A stretch of DNA of 62,949 nucleotides, filler included, from Welwitschia mirabilis (lineage: Eukaryota): the NCBI GenBank assembly GCA_051453625.1. It is 5 parts of one record of this genome, joined end to end, with 100 filler letters (N's around TTAATTAATTAA, not from the genome) between each part and the next. Parts side by side here need not be neighbours in the genome. Positions count along the whole stretch, not along the records: positions 1 to 9,792 come from JBOZIK010000001.1; positions 9,893 to 22,713 come from JBOZIK010000001.1; 3 more parts are not named here. The stretch is one strand, 5' to 3'. The notes under the pieces are model-generated. The model was not told where the DNA came from, made no database searches, and saw only the letters and a list, made by a program, of their open reading frames with translations. Below, in pieces: positions 1-12,800 of this stretch. Position 1 is the first letter of the stretch, and each line of letters opens with the position of its first letter. The translations under genes and the position numbers were made by a program.

Positions 1-1183
1 TACTAATACATAATAACATAAGACACTAGAGGTCATAGACATGAGAATGTTTTAAGATCAGATGAAATTCAATCTCATCACCCTGTATGCCTCGAAGTAG
101 AAAACTACTTTGATAAAAACTTAAATAAAGTTTAACACAGGACTAAGAGAATATATAGTCGAATAAAAAAAATGACATAACCAAGAAACCCTGTTAAGGA
201 GTTATTTAGGTAAAGGTGAAGGGAAGATTCTCATTTTAATCAAGAGGTTCTTCCTACTCAATTTCTTCTATCATGTCAAAAGGATGTTGGTAATCTCAAT
301 CATTATCCATTAATCCTAAGTTTTTATTAGCATCTAAATTAAGAAACCCAATGAGATCCCTCAAAATGCACTTCTCTATAAGATAAAAACTTATCCACTT
401 AAAAGTTAATTCATTATAAAGATGTAACCAAAGGTTGTAATGAGATGACCTAAATAGGCATGAAGGATAGAAGAAAAGTGTAAAAGAAAAATTCAGAAAA
501 ATTAACAAGAAAGAATTTAAAATAATGTAGTTTTTTATTTTTGGCTTCTTTTTTCCCCCAAAAAAATAGAAATGAAAGCCATTGAAAATGTGACATGAAT
601 ATGGCCAATAGGAGGACGTGATGGATATGAGTGAAATGGAGTAAATGAGGTATTGATGATAGATGAAAGATGTGATGAGATGCATGGTAAGAGAGAAAGG
701 TACCCACTAATGTCTAGTGGGATGACAATGATGATATATGAGTAGGTAGAATAACAAGTTCCATGAGAGGGTATGACTACAATAGGGGAAGGATGAGGTA
801 TGTCATAGCATGGGTCAATGTGGAATATGTCATTGTCATCATCTTCCATGAATGAAGCCTTATCAAGTAAAATGTCAATCATAAAAACACTGGGACCATG
901 AGGGACAAAGCGACCCCTACCATATGAAGAAATAATAATGTGCCATTAATGTTACAACTTATTCAAGGGAGACATTGAAGAGAGAATGATGTGCCATTAA
1001 GATCATAATTACTTAAAAGTATTTTGGCATAACCAACTCCTGTTTATATAGGTCATTTGTAATTTTGATTGTGTGTGTCTTCAATCCTAATTTCATGATC
1101 ACATTATTTAAAGCTATGGACTCTTTTGTTGAATTCCAGTATTTTCAGATAACATTCATGTTGCTAGTCTGATTTCAAAGACA

Positions 1184-1300
1184 TGTTCAGGTTACTTGAA
1201 AGATTTTGAGATTATAGGAGAAGCAAACCAAATGCCTTGCAAACATATTTTCTCGAATAATATTTGATAGGGTTTTCAAATACTACAATTTTGCCTTTTG
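1184..1300 (+). pseudogene. RING-H2 E3 ligase fragment (plant 'MPCKH' type)
   Basis: Translates CSGYLKDFEIIGEANQMPCKHIFSNNI* followed by LQFCLL, resembling CxxCLEDFExGxEAxxMPCKHxFHxxCI...CPLC. Several metal ligands are lost and stops are present. Confidence 0.7.
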
Positions 1301-1535
1301 GTATGGACAACACTATTCGGTCTACGATTGGATTTACCTTCGACAGGAGGCACTCTCAGTTTGCTTCCATTCTTATCTCATCTGCAAGACAAGAAGAATA
1401 ATGTCACTTTTAGCAACAACAAGATCTTATTTAGTTCTCCGTGGTGTCCCTTTGCTTAATCTAAAAATTCTTTCCATCGTCTTCAAAAGATTTCTGAGAT
1501 TTGTTTTGTAATAGGGTTAGGGTTTAGAAAGATTA

Positions 1536-1950
1536 ATGGCACATGAGAGTTGAAACAGAGATAAGGAAGAGATTAGGTGCAAGGTACCCCAAGGCCTCAT
1601 CCTTTACACCAATAAGTACGACCCCTTTGGCAGCTATGTGACCATGAATCTTTGCTCCAAGTGCTACCGAGACTTGAAACACTTATTTCTGCAGGCCGGC
1701 AGTGATTCCGCGGCCACTTTCAGATCTGACATCACTCTGGCTTTTGCTTGGAATGAAGAAAGAGCCAGACCATCATCATCTTCTAGTGCCATTTCAAGTT
1801 AGAAGCCTCTTGTGATAGAGGCGATGTGGTAAACGACAAACAAGTGTACAACCTGTAGGAAGAAGGTCAGATTGATAGGGTTCTGATGCAGATGCAGACA
1901 TATGTTCTATGGCCTGCATCGCTACTCCAACAACTATGGATTCTTCTGAA
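1536..1950 (+). pseudogene. A20/AN1 zinc-finger stress-associated protein (SAP) pseudogene
   Basis: ATG at 1536 gives MAHES*NRDKEEIRCKVPQGLILYTNKYDPFGSYVTMNLCSKCYRDL (A20 domain). Near 1840-1945 it reads NKCTTCR/KVRLIGF*CRCRHMFYGLHRYSN (AN1 domain). Contains stops and frameshifts and runs into an N gap. Confidence 0.88.
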
Positions 1951-2247
1951 ANNNNNNNNNNTGGATAACCATCAGCCTAGTTTTGAAGTGGTAACTAGTG
2001 GAAAACTTCCTCTGGGTCTGAAGAGGAAGTTTCTACACATTGTGGTAACCAGAGGAGTTGTTGCTTCTAGAAGTGGATCAGATCTATCGTCTGGCTTGTC
2101 CTGCTTCACCTATTCATTACAAGCACAAGGGAGGCCTATGGGGATCCTCTGCAACATCCTCAGAAGAAGACTTAAGAAGAAGTATCATATCTGGACGGCT
2201 TTTTNNNNNNNNNNNNNNNNNNNNCACCCCTTAGGGTTACAGCCACA

Positions 2248-2358
2248 TTCTTTTTTTCTTTTCGTTTCCTCTTTTTTTTTTTTGATTTTTTCTTGGCACT
2301 CCGCAGCCTACGCGCCCAATATGGGAATCGAACTTCGAACTTGTTGCCTCACAGGCAA
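2248..2358 (-). mobile_element. Possible 5'-truncated tRNA-derived SINE
   Basis: Minus strand reads a small stem-loop ttgc-ctgtgag-gcaa, a B-box-like gttcgattccc, then tgggcgc, a short body and an A-rich tail (the T tract at 2248-2293 on +). No A box seen. Confidence 0.4.
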
Positions 2359-2509
2359 TGGAAGCGAGGCTTATGTAATGGGCGATGAAGCCACATCTTA
2401 TAATTGGCATGTCTATACTGCCACTGCTAATGGGCTTGCAAGTGAAAACAATATACCTTCTATGCTCACATTAGAAATGTGTATAACTAAACTGGATCCA
2501 AGGAAGGCA
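2354..2509 (+). pseudogene. S-adenosylmethionine decarboxylase (SAMDC) internal fragment
   Basis: GNGSEAYVMGDEATSYNWHVYTATA...PSMLTLEMCITKLDPRKA matches the plant SAMDC motifs AYVMG, WHVYSA and TLEMCMTGLD. Confidence 0.85.
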
Positions 2510-2608
2510 ACTATTAAGGAGCTGAATCTGGCTAGGAAGTAGGGACATCATGAATTTCGTATAGAGGTAAATCTTCTAAGTCGACTGCATTCCCCACATT
2601 TGGTACAA
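2507..2608 (+). pseudogene. Receptor-like (cytoplasmic) kinase fragment, subdomains II-IV
   Basis: ATIKELNLARK*GHHEFRIEVNLLSRLHSPHLVQ resembles AIKxL...GKQGxxEFRxEVxLLSRLHSPxLV. Same frame as the SAMDC fragment. Confidence 0.8.
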
Positions 2609-4689
2609 AGCAAATCAAATGTGATTGCTATCTTTAATAAATTACCCTGAAAAACAGCAATTTCATAAGAAAATTATCCCTATCTTAATGGTTTGTTATG
2701 CATGATTCTTAGATGGCCTATCATCCATAGTTAAAATAGGGTCCTTGTAAATCCTATATATTGTCCTTGAAAGAATGATGCTAGGAGTGTGTGGTGGTAT
2801 CATATTAAACACCTCTTCCTTTGTGTCTTGAAGAGAAGTTCAAAGTTTTATTCAATTCCAGAGCAGTGTTTTCAAATATTTTACTATCAGCCTTATGAAA
2901 GTGGATGCTCCTGTTTCTGAAGAGAAAACATTTTAGCTTCATCTCTAGGTTTTAAACTTTTATGTTTCAGATATTATGAATGCTATATTTTTGAGTTTCA
3001 TTCCTTAGTTATTTGAACTCAATAGAAGTGGTGTAGTATTTCTTTCTATGAAAACATGAAACTCTTATGTGTGTAAAATATGTTCAACTACAAATAATTG
3101 GAAATCCATTACTGCAAGTGAAAATTCATTTCAATTTTTTTGGTAAGTGAATATTCCTTTGTATATCAGAAATTTTGCTATGTAAGCTTATGCCCTTTTT
3201 AAGTCTGCTTTCATATTCTATGCTATGCAAATAAAGAAGTGACATTTGAAGATTTTTTTCCCTCTTTTGTCTCAAAGCCCAGCACCTGTAATAATACTTT
3301 GTTGGCTGAAAAATTTCAGCTCCAATCTCTATTTTTATTCTAGCCTAAAGAATTCAGTTTTTTAACTCTCAATTTTGTGAATTTTGTGAAGGTACAGAGT
3401 CCATCAAAATTGCAATTGTTTGGCACACTTGAGCATGATTTATAAAGTTCTTAGAATTTTCTAATGTATTGAAATAAGTTGGAGATTAGAATTCCTTTTC
3501 TTTTATGTTTGCATTGCTAGAGAAATTAAAGTTTTATTTGTAACTCATAATGTGGAAATACTAGGAATAACATCATTTTAAAACTTCTTCAATACTCTTG
3601 AATTAAACCACATTCTATTAATTCTTGGGAACTACATCATGTACACATGGCATATGGCCTTATCATTATTCTGTATTGAGGTAAGTGGTGCGCATTATTT
3701 CTACAAACTGAGAAATGTACTTAGCCATAGTTTGTAAAACTTAAACATGGAAAATAGAACATGAACTCTACATGATGTGTGAAAAAGACTAATGTTATTC
3801 TACATGAAAACCGTTATGCATATACATGAACTATTTCATCAAGAGAATGAATGCAATGGAAAATGATATAAATTAGCTAACAAAAATGTAGAAATGAATG
3901 AATTGCAGCATGAAATAAAAATGAAATGTACTTTATATTTTTTTTTAGTGATAGTAAGATCAAATATATAGGGAATTTATCAGTTTGCTTGCTTCGACAT
4001 CATTTAAGTTCTTCAGTTTATACATTTCCTTGTTGAATTTTCATGAGATAATAAATGATCCTAATCAATTTAACAAAAACTTAGGATTTTTTAAATTAAA
4101 TTTACTTTTAACATAGGTCACCTACATTATAAGACTTTTGATTTACATTCTTGTCGTATGCATTACTAATCCGCTTCTGGTAGAGTTGGCTTTATTGCAA
4201 GGCTTTTATCCACTTTTCATCTAAAGTTTCGAGTTGCACAAGCTATATTTTCTTTTTTATGTTAGATGATTCTAGGTCTTTGGCTAGAGTTTTTAGTGTG
4301 GGAAATGGGTAATACCTCTTCAGTACCCTAGACTAGTTGAAATAAGATCATTCCTACAGCATTTTTTACTGTAATACAATAATTTCATAATTCTAAAAGT
4401 AGCTTTTATGCCATGACTTTACATTTATTTATAACAACTTCTTGAGGCAATTGATTCTGAGCTTATTAGTTGCCTCATCTTGTTCATTGGATTAAAGGTA
4501 ATGCAGAATTAAAAATGAGTGTTTTGTTCCAAATTTGCTCAAGAAATTCCTTAATTTTGATGACCTAAACTATGGGCTATTATCAGTGACGATGACATAG
4601 GGCATGTCAAATCTAGTAATGATGTGATTAAGGATGAAATTTTGAAGTTTATTTAACATTATTTGCAATAATGGGACTGCTTTAACCCA

Positions 4690-6095
4690 TTATATCATAG
4701 TAAGAATAAACACCTGTTGTCCTGATGAGTTAGGCATAACAGGATTAATAAAATCCATACCCTACTTTTAGAAAATTTTAATTGAATCAGAAGAAAAGAG
4801 TCTAGTAGGAGTTTAATGTATTCTCAATAAAAAGATACAATAGGTATGACATGTTCTTACCATCTTGAAATAGTCATTACTTTCTATTTTTTCGAAATGA
4901 CCAGATCTTATTACATGTCTCAATAGTGATCTTGCCCCCTGGTGAAGCTCACATAGTTTAGCACGTATCTCTTTTAAGACATGAGTGGCTTTATTTGAGT
5001 TTATATCTCAATAAGATATCTTTATTTAACTTTTTGTATAATTTATCTTAAATTAAGGTAAAGCATGTGGCTTGATGTCTAAAGTTTCACTTTTGTAGCG
5101 ATAAGAGATTTTGTGGTAGCTTTTGATCAGTGAGGTAACTCACTAGAGTATCATATCACTCATCATTTACTTTGGATATTTTATCAGATAACTTACTTTA
5201 TCTCATGAAAGCCCTAGATAAGCTACAATTGGGTGTTCATCAAGGAATTTTTAATTGATGTCTATGCATGTGACATATTCTTTAAGGAATGGATCTCAAA
5301 AGCATGTTTACATGAAATTTACAAGATAATCTGCAAATTAGTTTTCATTTATAAAGACAATTAGAATTTTACATGACTTAAATGATGTAAGAAACTTTCT
5401 TACTTTTCCAAGACATGCATCTAAGACTTTTGAATTTGATTCATACTTAACTAAGACTTGGTTAACAACTAGTTACAAGTCACTAAAAATGCATAAATTA
5501 TTAAAACCCCCTTGAATGGCTAATATGATTTCTCTTGCAAAATTCTAGTATTTAATGATATTGTTTTTACAATGAAAATTCATTTTAAAAGAGAACAGTA
5601 AGCTAATTTTGTTGTTAAGAAAGAAGACTACTCTTGCAAATCCACCATTTTGGTTAGATGTGCCATCAAAGAACATCATGTATTTCAATTTTTTTATCTT
5701 GATAACATGAATCCCCTCATTAGGGAAATTTTAGAATTACTATAGGATTCACTTTCATTTTTGATCAAGAGATCTATCATTTGCTCAGCTATACACTTTT
5801 CCTTAACTAATGTTTTTGATTGAATTTTTAAATCAAACGCAGTGAGGATCAACATCCATTTGGTCAATTATGTATTACTAGTGGAATATTCGAGTTGATG
5901 TCTAAGTAAGTTCTGATTATTAATCACAATTATTTTTTTTGTCATCATCTAATAATGAAAATTTGTAAAGTAAACACTAAACTCAAACATGCCTTTTCCA
6001 CATCAGTGTAGTTTCTCTTGTACTAGTGTAGTTCTCTACTAATGTAGTAGATTAAATAATCTTGATAAAGTTCATCTCTTTGAAAGAGCATCATG
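4690..6095 (-). mobile_element. Tat/Ogre-like Ty3/Gypsy pol, 3' part (RNase H, additional aRH RNase H, start of integrase)
   Basis: Minus strand gives IYYISREL..NYTDVEKACLSLVF (RNase H), MFFDGTSNQNGGFA (aRH, typical of Tat) and GMDFINPVMPNSSG (integrase start). Degenerate. Confidence 0.75.
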
Positions 6096-6100
6096 CTAAC

Positions 6101-7350
6101 TATTGCAGTGCATATTTCTATAAATGTTATGCTCTTAAGAAGTTTCCATCATTCACAAATAAATATAGATTTTCCACAACACAACACACTAATATAGACG
6201 AGAGTGGACTCTAATGTTGTATTCTCATTGAAGGTGTAGGCTAGAAGAAAGAGAATTGATTTTAAGGAAATGAAACACTTGTATCTTTTAAGTAGAAATA
6301 AAGAACAATGCAGAAAATAGCAATGCAACATACTTATGCAAATGAACGCAAATCTAATCTAAGTGCAACTTTCATTCGATTACTAAATCAACCTATCACA
6401 GAGATTGGCCCTGTATGACCTAGGTCAATTAAGAAATGCCATTACCAAATCAAGACCAACCTAAGCTATTAGGTACATTGAACATAATAGAAAACTATGT
6501 AAAGTTAATCTAAGAGAGAAATACAATGCACATAAACTAATAATGCTCAACCTTAACAAAAGTTTCCCTCATAATTTATATCACTAAAGAAGTTGTTACA
6601 GAATCAGAAGTAACATAGACTATAAGGAATATGCACACAATAAGCATAAGAAAATAGAAAAGAATTCTTTGATTAGATTCAAACTAATATCCATGTTACA
6701 AAGCAGCCGCGCATTAATGGAAGAAGCATAGCTCAATACCAAGGAAGATGTCTCTCTACAACTACGTTAGATGAATCTCCTGTCATGAGAATTTCCAGTG
6801 TAAGAGAAGATAAGCAGGATTTAAGGGTGGAGTTGATACTTATTGACAAAAACAGATTCATAAATAAATAAGACAAATAGATATGGGTATAATCCTAATA
6901 GCCACGTAAGACACACAGAGACAAATGGCCAACATTAGGTGAAGTTTAATGAAGTGTTATTTCAGATGTCATCCTGCTTGTTGTCTGGATGATATAGGAG
7001 ATGATGCCACCTCATAAGAATTTCATATTATCTACCAAATTGATTTCAGTCAGCATCCTCGTTAGCTTAAATGTTTCATCGTCCATACAGATGTCTAGAT
7101 GATGAAGTGAACAATAGGCTTTGTACAAGTATTTATGTAATGCATTAGCTTTAATGTTTGCAGGAATTTTACTTTATATCAAAAATCTTGCAAACTAATT
7201 TAAATGTTGTAAAATATCATGAATATTACATGTTTCTGTATCTTTTGTCTTAGCTCTCCATTATCGTAGAAATTTAGCATAACCCTATCTAATATCATAC
7301 AAAACTACTCAAAATAACTTATCAAATACATATAAGTTGGTAGTGCAACA
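6101..7350 (-). repeat. 3' LTR of the Athila-like element
   Basis: Direct repeat of 15112-16371, from tattgcagtg to gtgcaaca. A PPT-like tract follows at ~7351-7370 on the minus strand. Confidence 0.88.
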
Positions 7351-7796
7351 TAGCCTTCCACTTAGCCTTGTCAGTTTCTAATAAAACTAGGCAATTAACT
7401 ATGTTTGTGAACTAACTTGTCCAACAATAAAAATAATTAAGGTATTTGAAAAATCATCTCAGAAAAATTTTTAGAAATATTTGAGATATAGACTAAATTA
7501 TTAAAAACATAAAACTGAACATTTCACCTTTTTAAGATTCTGACCACAATCATCCAAGTCATGCTCCAGATGATATAGTGAAAGACAGACTCAAAAATTA
7601 TTCTTGGAAAATAAAAACTTGTAAAANNNGTTTTAGACAAATAACCAATAAATGCACTAATAATTAAAAGCCCCTAACTAAAATGTATAGTAAATAAGTA
7701 AAATGATCGTGGAAAATATACTCAATCCTCATTGTGAATTGTAAAAAAAAGATAAGCATGAACATCATAAAGTACACCATGCTGAACTAAAAATAA

Positions 7797-7800
<4 letters not shown>

Positions 7801-7830
<30 letters not shown>

Positions 7831-7840
7831 TATATATATA
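7801..7840. repeat. (TA)n microsatellite
   Basis: Directly visible run, with one interruption. Confidence 0.9.
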
Positions 7841-7919
7841 ATCATGAGTTTTAAGTATAAACTATATAGAGTGAAAGAGACAAAATATGGCATAAATCAC
7901 TCCCCTTAACATCTTATAA

Positions 7920-9140
7920 TGAACTCAGTATGGACGGCAGGCTCAGGTTTAGGAGGAGAAGGATAGTACTCAGGGTCTTCAAAGAAATGGAGATCCAATG
8001 ATGTAGAGATGGAGCAGACCATCTTGTCTCCCTATAAACGGAATGCCTCTAAAAAGTCCACTGTTACACTCTGCTCAATGAATATAATGCACTAACGTAC
8101 ATTGACTAACTACTCTTCAGAGTGTTGAACTCACCTCTCAATCGTTTGGATCCTCTACTCAAGTGTCTGAATCCTCTAATCAAGCATGAGATACCTCTAT
8201 TGATGAAACCCTTGATGGTCTCAGTGGTCTCTTCCAGGGGGCCTGGATCTACTCTAATGATGTTCCAGCCACAGGTCTCTGAACCTGAGGTATGTCTTCT
8301 TCTCCTGGTACTTATATATCCATGTCCTACAGATAGCGAGTAGAAGTCTGAATATGCATAAGGAGCTACTCACCTATGGGTTCTGGTATCCTGAACCATC
8401 GAAACATGGCTGAGAGAAGTCATGAATATCCCAAAGTATGTGGCTGTCATGCCTCAATCATGAACTTGAGTCTCCTTCATATGAAAGTTGGCAAGTCCAT
8501 CTGCTCGCCTTGCTTGAATGCTACCAAGATCTGAAGGTATACAATCATGGTGTGACTGTCATGAAATGATGAGCTGATGTTGTGAATCAGCCCTTGGTTT
8601 AAAACTCTAGAGGCTGGGATAAATTGAGTCGCAAGAATACCCCACCTATCCAACATCAAATCTGCTAAAATGTCTGGTGCTATACCATATGTATAGTGTT
8701 CCTCTATACCACCAACAGGATGAATGTGAAGACTTCCAATACTACCTAAATGTATTACTATCATAATGTGGTTTAGGAGTACTACTATCTCATGGTCCCA
8801 AATTAAAGCTACGATCATATCCACTAGGCGACCATAAGAATTAGATCGTCGCTCTATGTGCATCATGTCATAAAACTCCCTGGTCTTTGACATATAGTAT
8901 ATTTCATGTTCATTAAAAATTCAATGGAGTTATAAATTGAAGAGCCTCTGATCAATCTCTAGGTATAATCTACTCATAAAGTTTTTGAAATGTCTCTCAA
9001 CACAGATAATAATGGTCTAAATCATAAGCAAATGTCTATGTCCAGGCGAGAATGCTCCGCACGCTCTGCCTTAGTAAGTCCTAATGGACTGCCTCCTACT
9101 CTACGGCCTTGGCCTTAGCCTCAGCCTACCTATCTCTACA
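7920..9140 (-). pseudogene. Decayed extra ORF between pol and 3' LTR (Athila env-like/ORF3 position)
   Basis: ORF 8477-8893 (REFY...LIHNI...MDLPTFI) plus flanking coding-like sequence, in the position where Athila elements carry an additional ORF. Confidence 0.5.
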
Positions 9141-9792
9141 CGTACAAGGCCTACTCAATCAAAAATACATAAAAAATTACACGAAATCTGTAGACATGAC
9201 TAAAATACGCTACGTGGATGTTCAAAAATAATCCCCAAAATTGATAAAACATGTAAAAAATTATGAAAATACATCCTAACCCCCCCTAAAAGTGTTAATA
9301 CGTCCCATATTGCCTAGTCGTGTGAAGAAAATTTTGAAATGCTGAAAAATAGAAAAACAATTTTTAAGTGGGCTCCACATAAGGTAAAAATTCAAAGTGC
9401 TTAAACGAAAAACCTAATTCGGTAGAATTGTAAAACTAATCAATTTACCCTAAAGGACCACTACGTTTTATCTTACGATTTATGAAATATTAAGTATGAA
9501 AGTTTAAAATCTAAATTTTTCTCGTAAAAACACAATTGGTTATATCTTTCAAAATACATAGCAAAAATCAAATCTATAAGTTCCAAATCAAAGAGCTCAA
9601 AAAACTAATCGACATATATGAAAACTATATGTTGAAAGGCTAAGAAATGGAGAAAAATTAAAAAAGAGAAGGCAAAAAAAACATACCTCATTTTTAAGAA
9701 TACACAAAAATCTAGTAATTCTATGAGTGAATCACATAAGGACAAGATCCAGCATGCTAGTAGGAACCAGAAGATTGTCATCTCTCAAAAAA

Positions 9793-9892
9793 NNNNNNNN
9801 NNNNNNNNNNNNNNNNNNNNNNNNNNNNNNNNNNNNTTAATTAATTAANNNNNNNNNNNNNNNNNNNNNNNNNNNNNNNNNNNNNNNNNNNN
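9793..9892. other. Artificial scaffold linker (44N-TTAATTAATTAA-44N)
   Basis: The same 100-bp structure recurs at 22714-22813, 43488-43587 and 60432-60531. The 12-mer has stops in all six frames. Confidence 0.95.
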
Positions 9893-12800
9893 TCTTGAGC
9901 ATGAATAAGGCTACCATAACACTGACAAGGATCACACCTTCTAGCAAAATCAAAAAAATCTTGAAAAAGAATAGGTTAACAAAAACTAGGGTGAAAAAGT
10001 TTCACAACTGTTTTTTGTCTACAAAAATAACCTTCACAAACACTACCATGACAAAGATAAAGGATATCATATTTTTCCCAATCAGGCATACATTTTCATA
10101 CAATTTCATCTTTGTACCTATGATAAAGATGTGGCTCTATCCATTCATAGTCATTTATTCTATAGAGAAAGGATCTTCTATGATTATAAGTTTAATATTA
10201 TGGTGTTTTCATGGTAATAAGGTAATTAACAATATCAGCATACCAAGGAGGAGGATGAGTACAAGATATAGCAAAAAGTTGTTCATCTAGAAAAGAATCA
10301 TCAATCACAAGATCATCAAGAGGAGAAGAAAGACGAGACAAATAATTAGCAATATTATTATGCTTTTCTACTTTATCAATGATGGTCAAATTAAATTCTT
10401 ACATAAGGAGGATCCATTTAATCAGTTTAGCATTTAAATCTTTCTTGATCATAAGGTATCAAATTGTAGCATGATCAGTATAAACATTCATATAAAAGCC
10501 TAAAAGATAATGTCTAAGAATGTCAAGGCAAAAGATGATTGCTAATATTTCCTTCTCTGTGATAATGTAATTCATTTGAGTTCTAGACAAAGTTTTACTA
10601 TAATAAGATATAACTTTAAAATCATTTTCATATTTTTGACAACGTATCCCACCCATGATAAAATTACTAGCATCACACATTAACTCAATATCTTTTTCCC
10701 AATTAGATCACATTATAATAGGAGCATAAGAAAGTTTACATTTATGTTTATCAAAAGTAAGCTGACAAGATTAATTTCAATTAAATTTAGCTTATTTTTT
10801 AAGTAATGATTAAAGGGTTTATAAATTTTTGCATAATCCTAAATAAAGCGATGATAAAAATCACAATGACTAAGGAAGGATAGAACTTAGTTTATATTGG
10901 TTGGGGAATTAGGTTTTAAATGGTATCAACCTTTTTGGGATTCATCTAATCCTTTTTTCTGAAATATGGTGATCTAAAACAATTCCACTATTAACTAAAA
11001 ATAAATGTTTTTAGCAACTCAAATGTAAGCCACTAGAAATACATCTATCAAGTACTTTCTCTAATCTTTTTAAGATTTGTTTAAAACTTATAGCATAGAT
11101 AGAGAAGTCATCCATAAAAATTTATATTAGATCCTTTAATATATCAGGAAAAATATCCATCATTGCATGTTAAAAAACACCAAGAGTATTGCAAAGTCCA
11201 AAAGACATGCATCTAAAAGTAAAAGTACCAAAAGATGAAGTAAAACTGGTTTTAGCTTAATCCTCACTAACAATGCAAACCTGATTGTAACTACTATATC
11301 TATTAAGAAAACAATAAAAAGTATATCCTTGAATTTTATCAAGTATATAATCAAGAAAAGACAAAGGATAATAGTCTTTTTTGGTTACTTCATTTAATTT
11401 TCTAAAATCAATACACATCCTCCACTTCCCATCTTTCTTAGGTACTACCATTAAAGGGCTAACCCACTTATTATCAAGTATGGCATAAATGATCATAGCA
11501 TCCATTTATTTAATATTTCATTTTTTATGACTTGCTTAAGGGCTGGATTAAGTCTATGTTAAGGTTGCCTAATAGGTATTGTATTATCCTCAAAATAGAT
11601 TTTATGTTAAATAATTAAGGTAGAAATGGCTATTAAATCTTTATGGGACCAAGCAAACACATTTACCTAGATTAAAAAAGTGATATTAAGCTTAAGTCAT
11701 CGAAGGGAATAGGTTTTCATTAATTATGAAATGTTTGTTCTGATTAGTGCATAGAAGGATGTACTTCAGTCCACTAGGTAAAGGTTTTAGATTCAGATTT
11801 ATATTCAAATTTTTATTTTCTATTAAATTTTTGGGAAAATTTAATTTCATCTTAGACTATCATCCAGACATTAGTAGTGGATGACCACTCTCAAAATAAG
11901 AAATCTTAGTTTTACTTAGATCTTGGACTTTTGCATAGTTAATAAACTTAGGTTTTCTACTCTCCAAATTAAAATAATTAATTTTTAAATGGTTAAAGTC
12001 AAGTTGATCTTTATNNNNNNNNNNNNNNNNNNNNNNNNNNNNNNNNNNNNNNNNNNNNNNNNNNNNNNNNNNNNNNNNNNNNNNNNNNNNNNNNNNNNNN
12101 NNNNNNNNNNNNNNNNNNNNNNNNNNNNNNNNNNNNNNNNNNNNNNNNNNNNNNNNNNNNNNNNNNNNNNNNNNNNNNNNNNNNNNNNNNNNNNNNNNNN
12201 NNNNNNNNNNNNNNNNNNNNNNNNNNNNNNNNNNNNNNNNNNNNNNNNNNNNNNNNNNNNNNNNNNNNNNNNNNNNNNNNNNNNNNNNNNNNNNNNNNNN
12301 NNNNNNNNNNNNNNNNNNNNNNNNNNNNNNNNNNNNNNNNNNNNNNNNNNNNNNNNNNNNNNNNNNNNNNNNNNNNNNNNNNNNNNNNNNNNNNNNNNNN
12401 NNTAATTCTAAGATAATCTTTATAGTCTCTATTCTACTTTCTAACCTAAGTTGTTGACAAATGTGCATAGGCATAATGTTGACACTTGCTCCTCTATCAA
12501 TTAAAGCTTTCTTTATTCTTCTGTTTCCTTTAAAAGTAACACTAACAATTGCTGTCCCTAATTCTTAAACTTTGAAAATTTTTGTAAAACTAAGTTGTTA
12601 CTGGCTTGGGCAAGGAATTCTTTGTTATGTATGATCCATTAGATCTTTTCATATCTTAAAATATTTAGGATTCTCTTGCAAAAGTTTTCAGAATGGTAAA
12701 TTTATTCTCACATTTTGCATTAATTCTTTAAGATGTTTATAAAATGTAAGATTAATGTTTAATCTATCAAGCCAAGGGGTAGCAGGTTTCTTATTCTTTT

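Noticed and set aside
1886-2542. 218-aa ORF as a single gene
   Set aside because: It crosses two gaps and joins out-of-frame SAP sequence, a SINE-like piece and SAMDC/kinase fragments.
9837-9848. TTAATTAATTAA recurring four times in the window
   Set aside because: Always centred in 44N+44N, so it is a scaffolding linker and not biological sequence.
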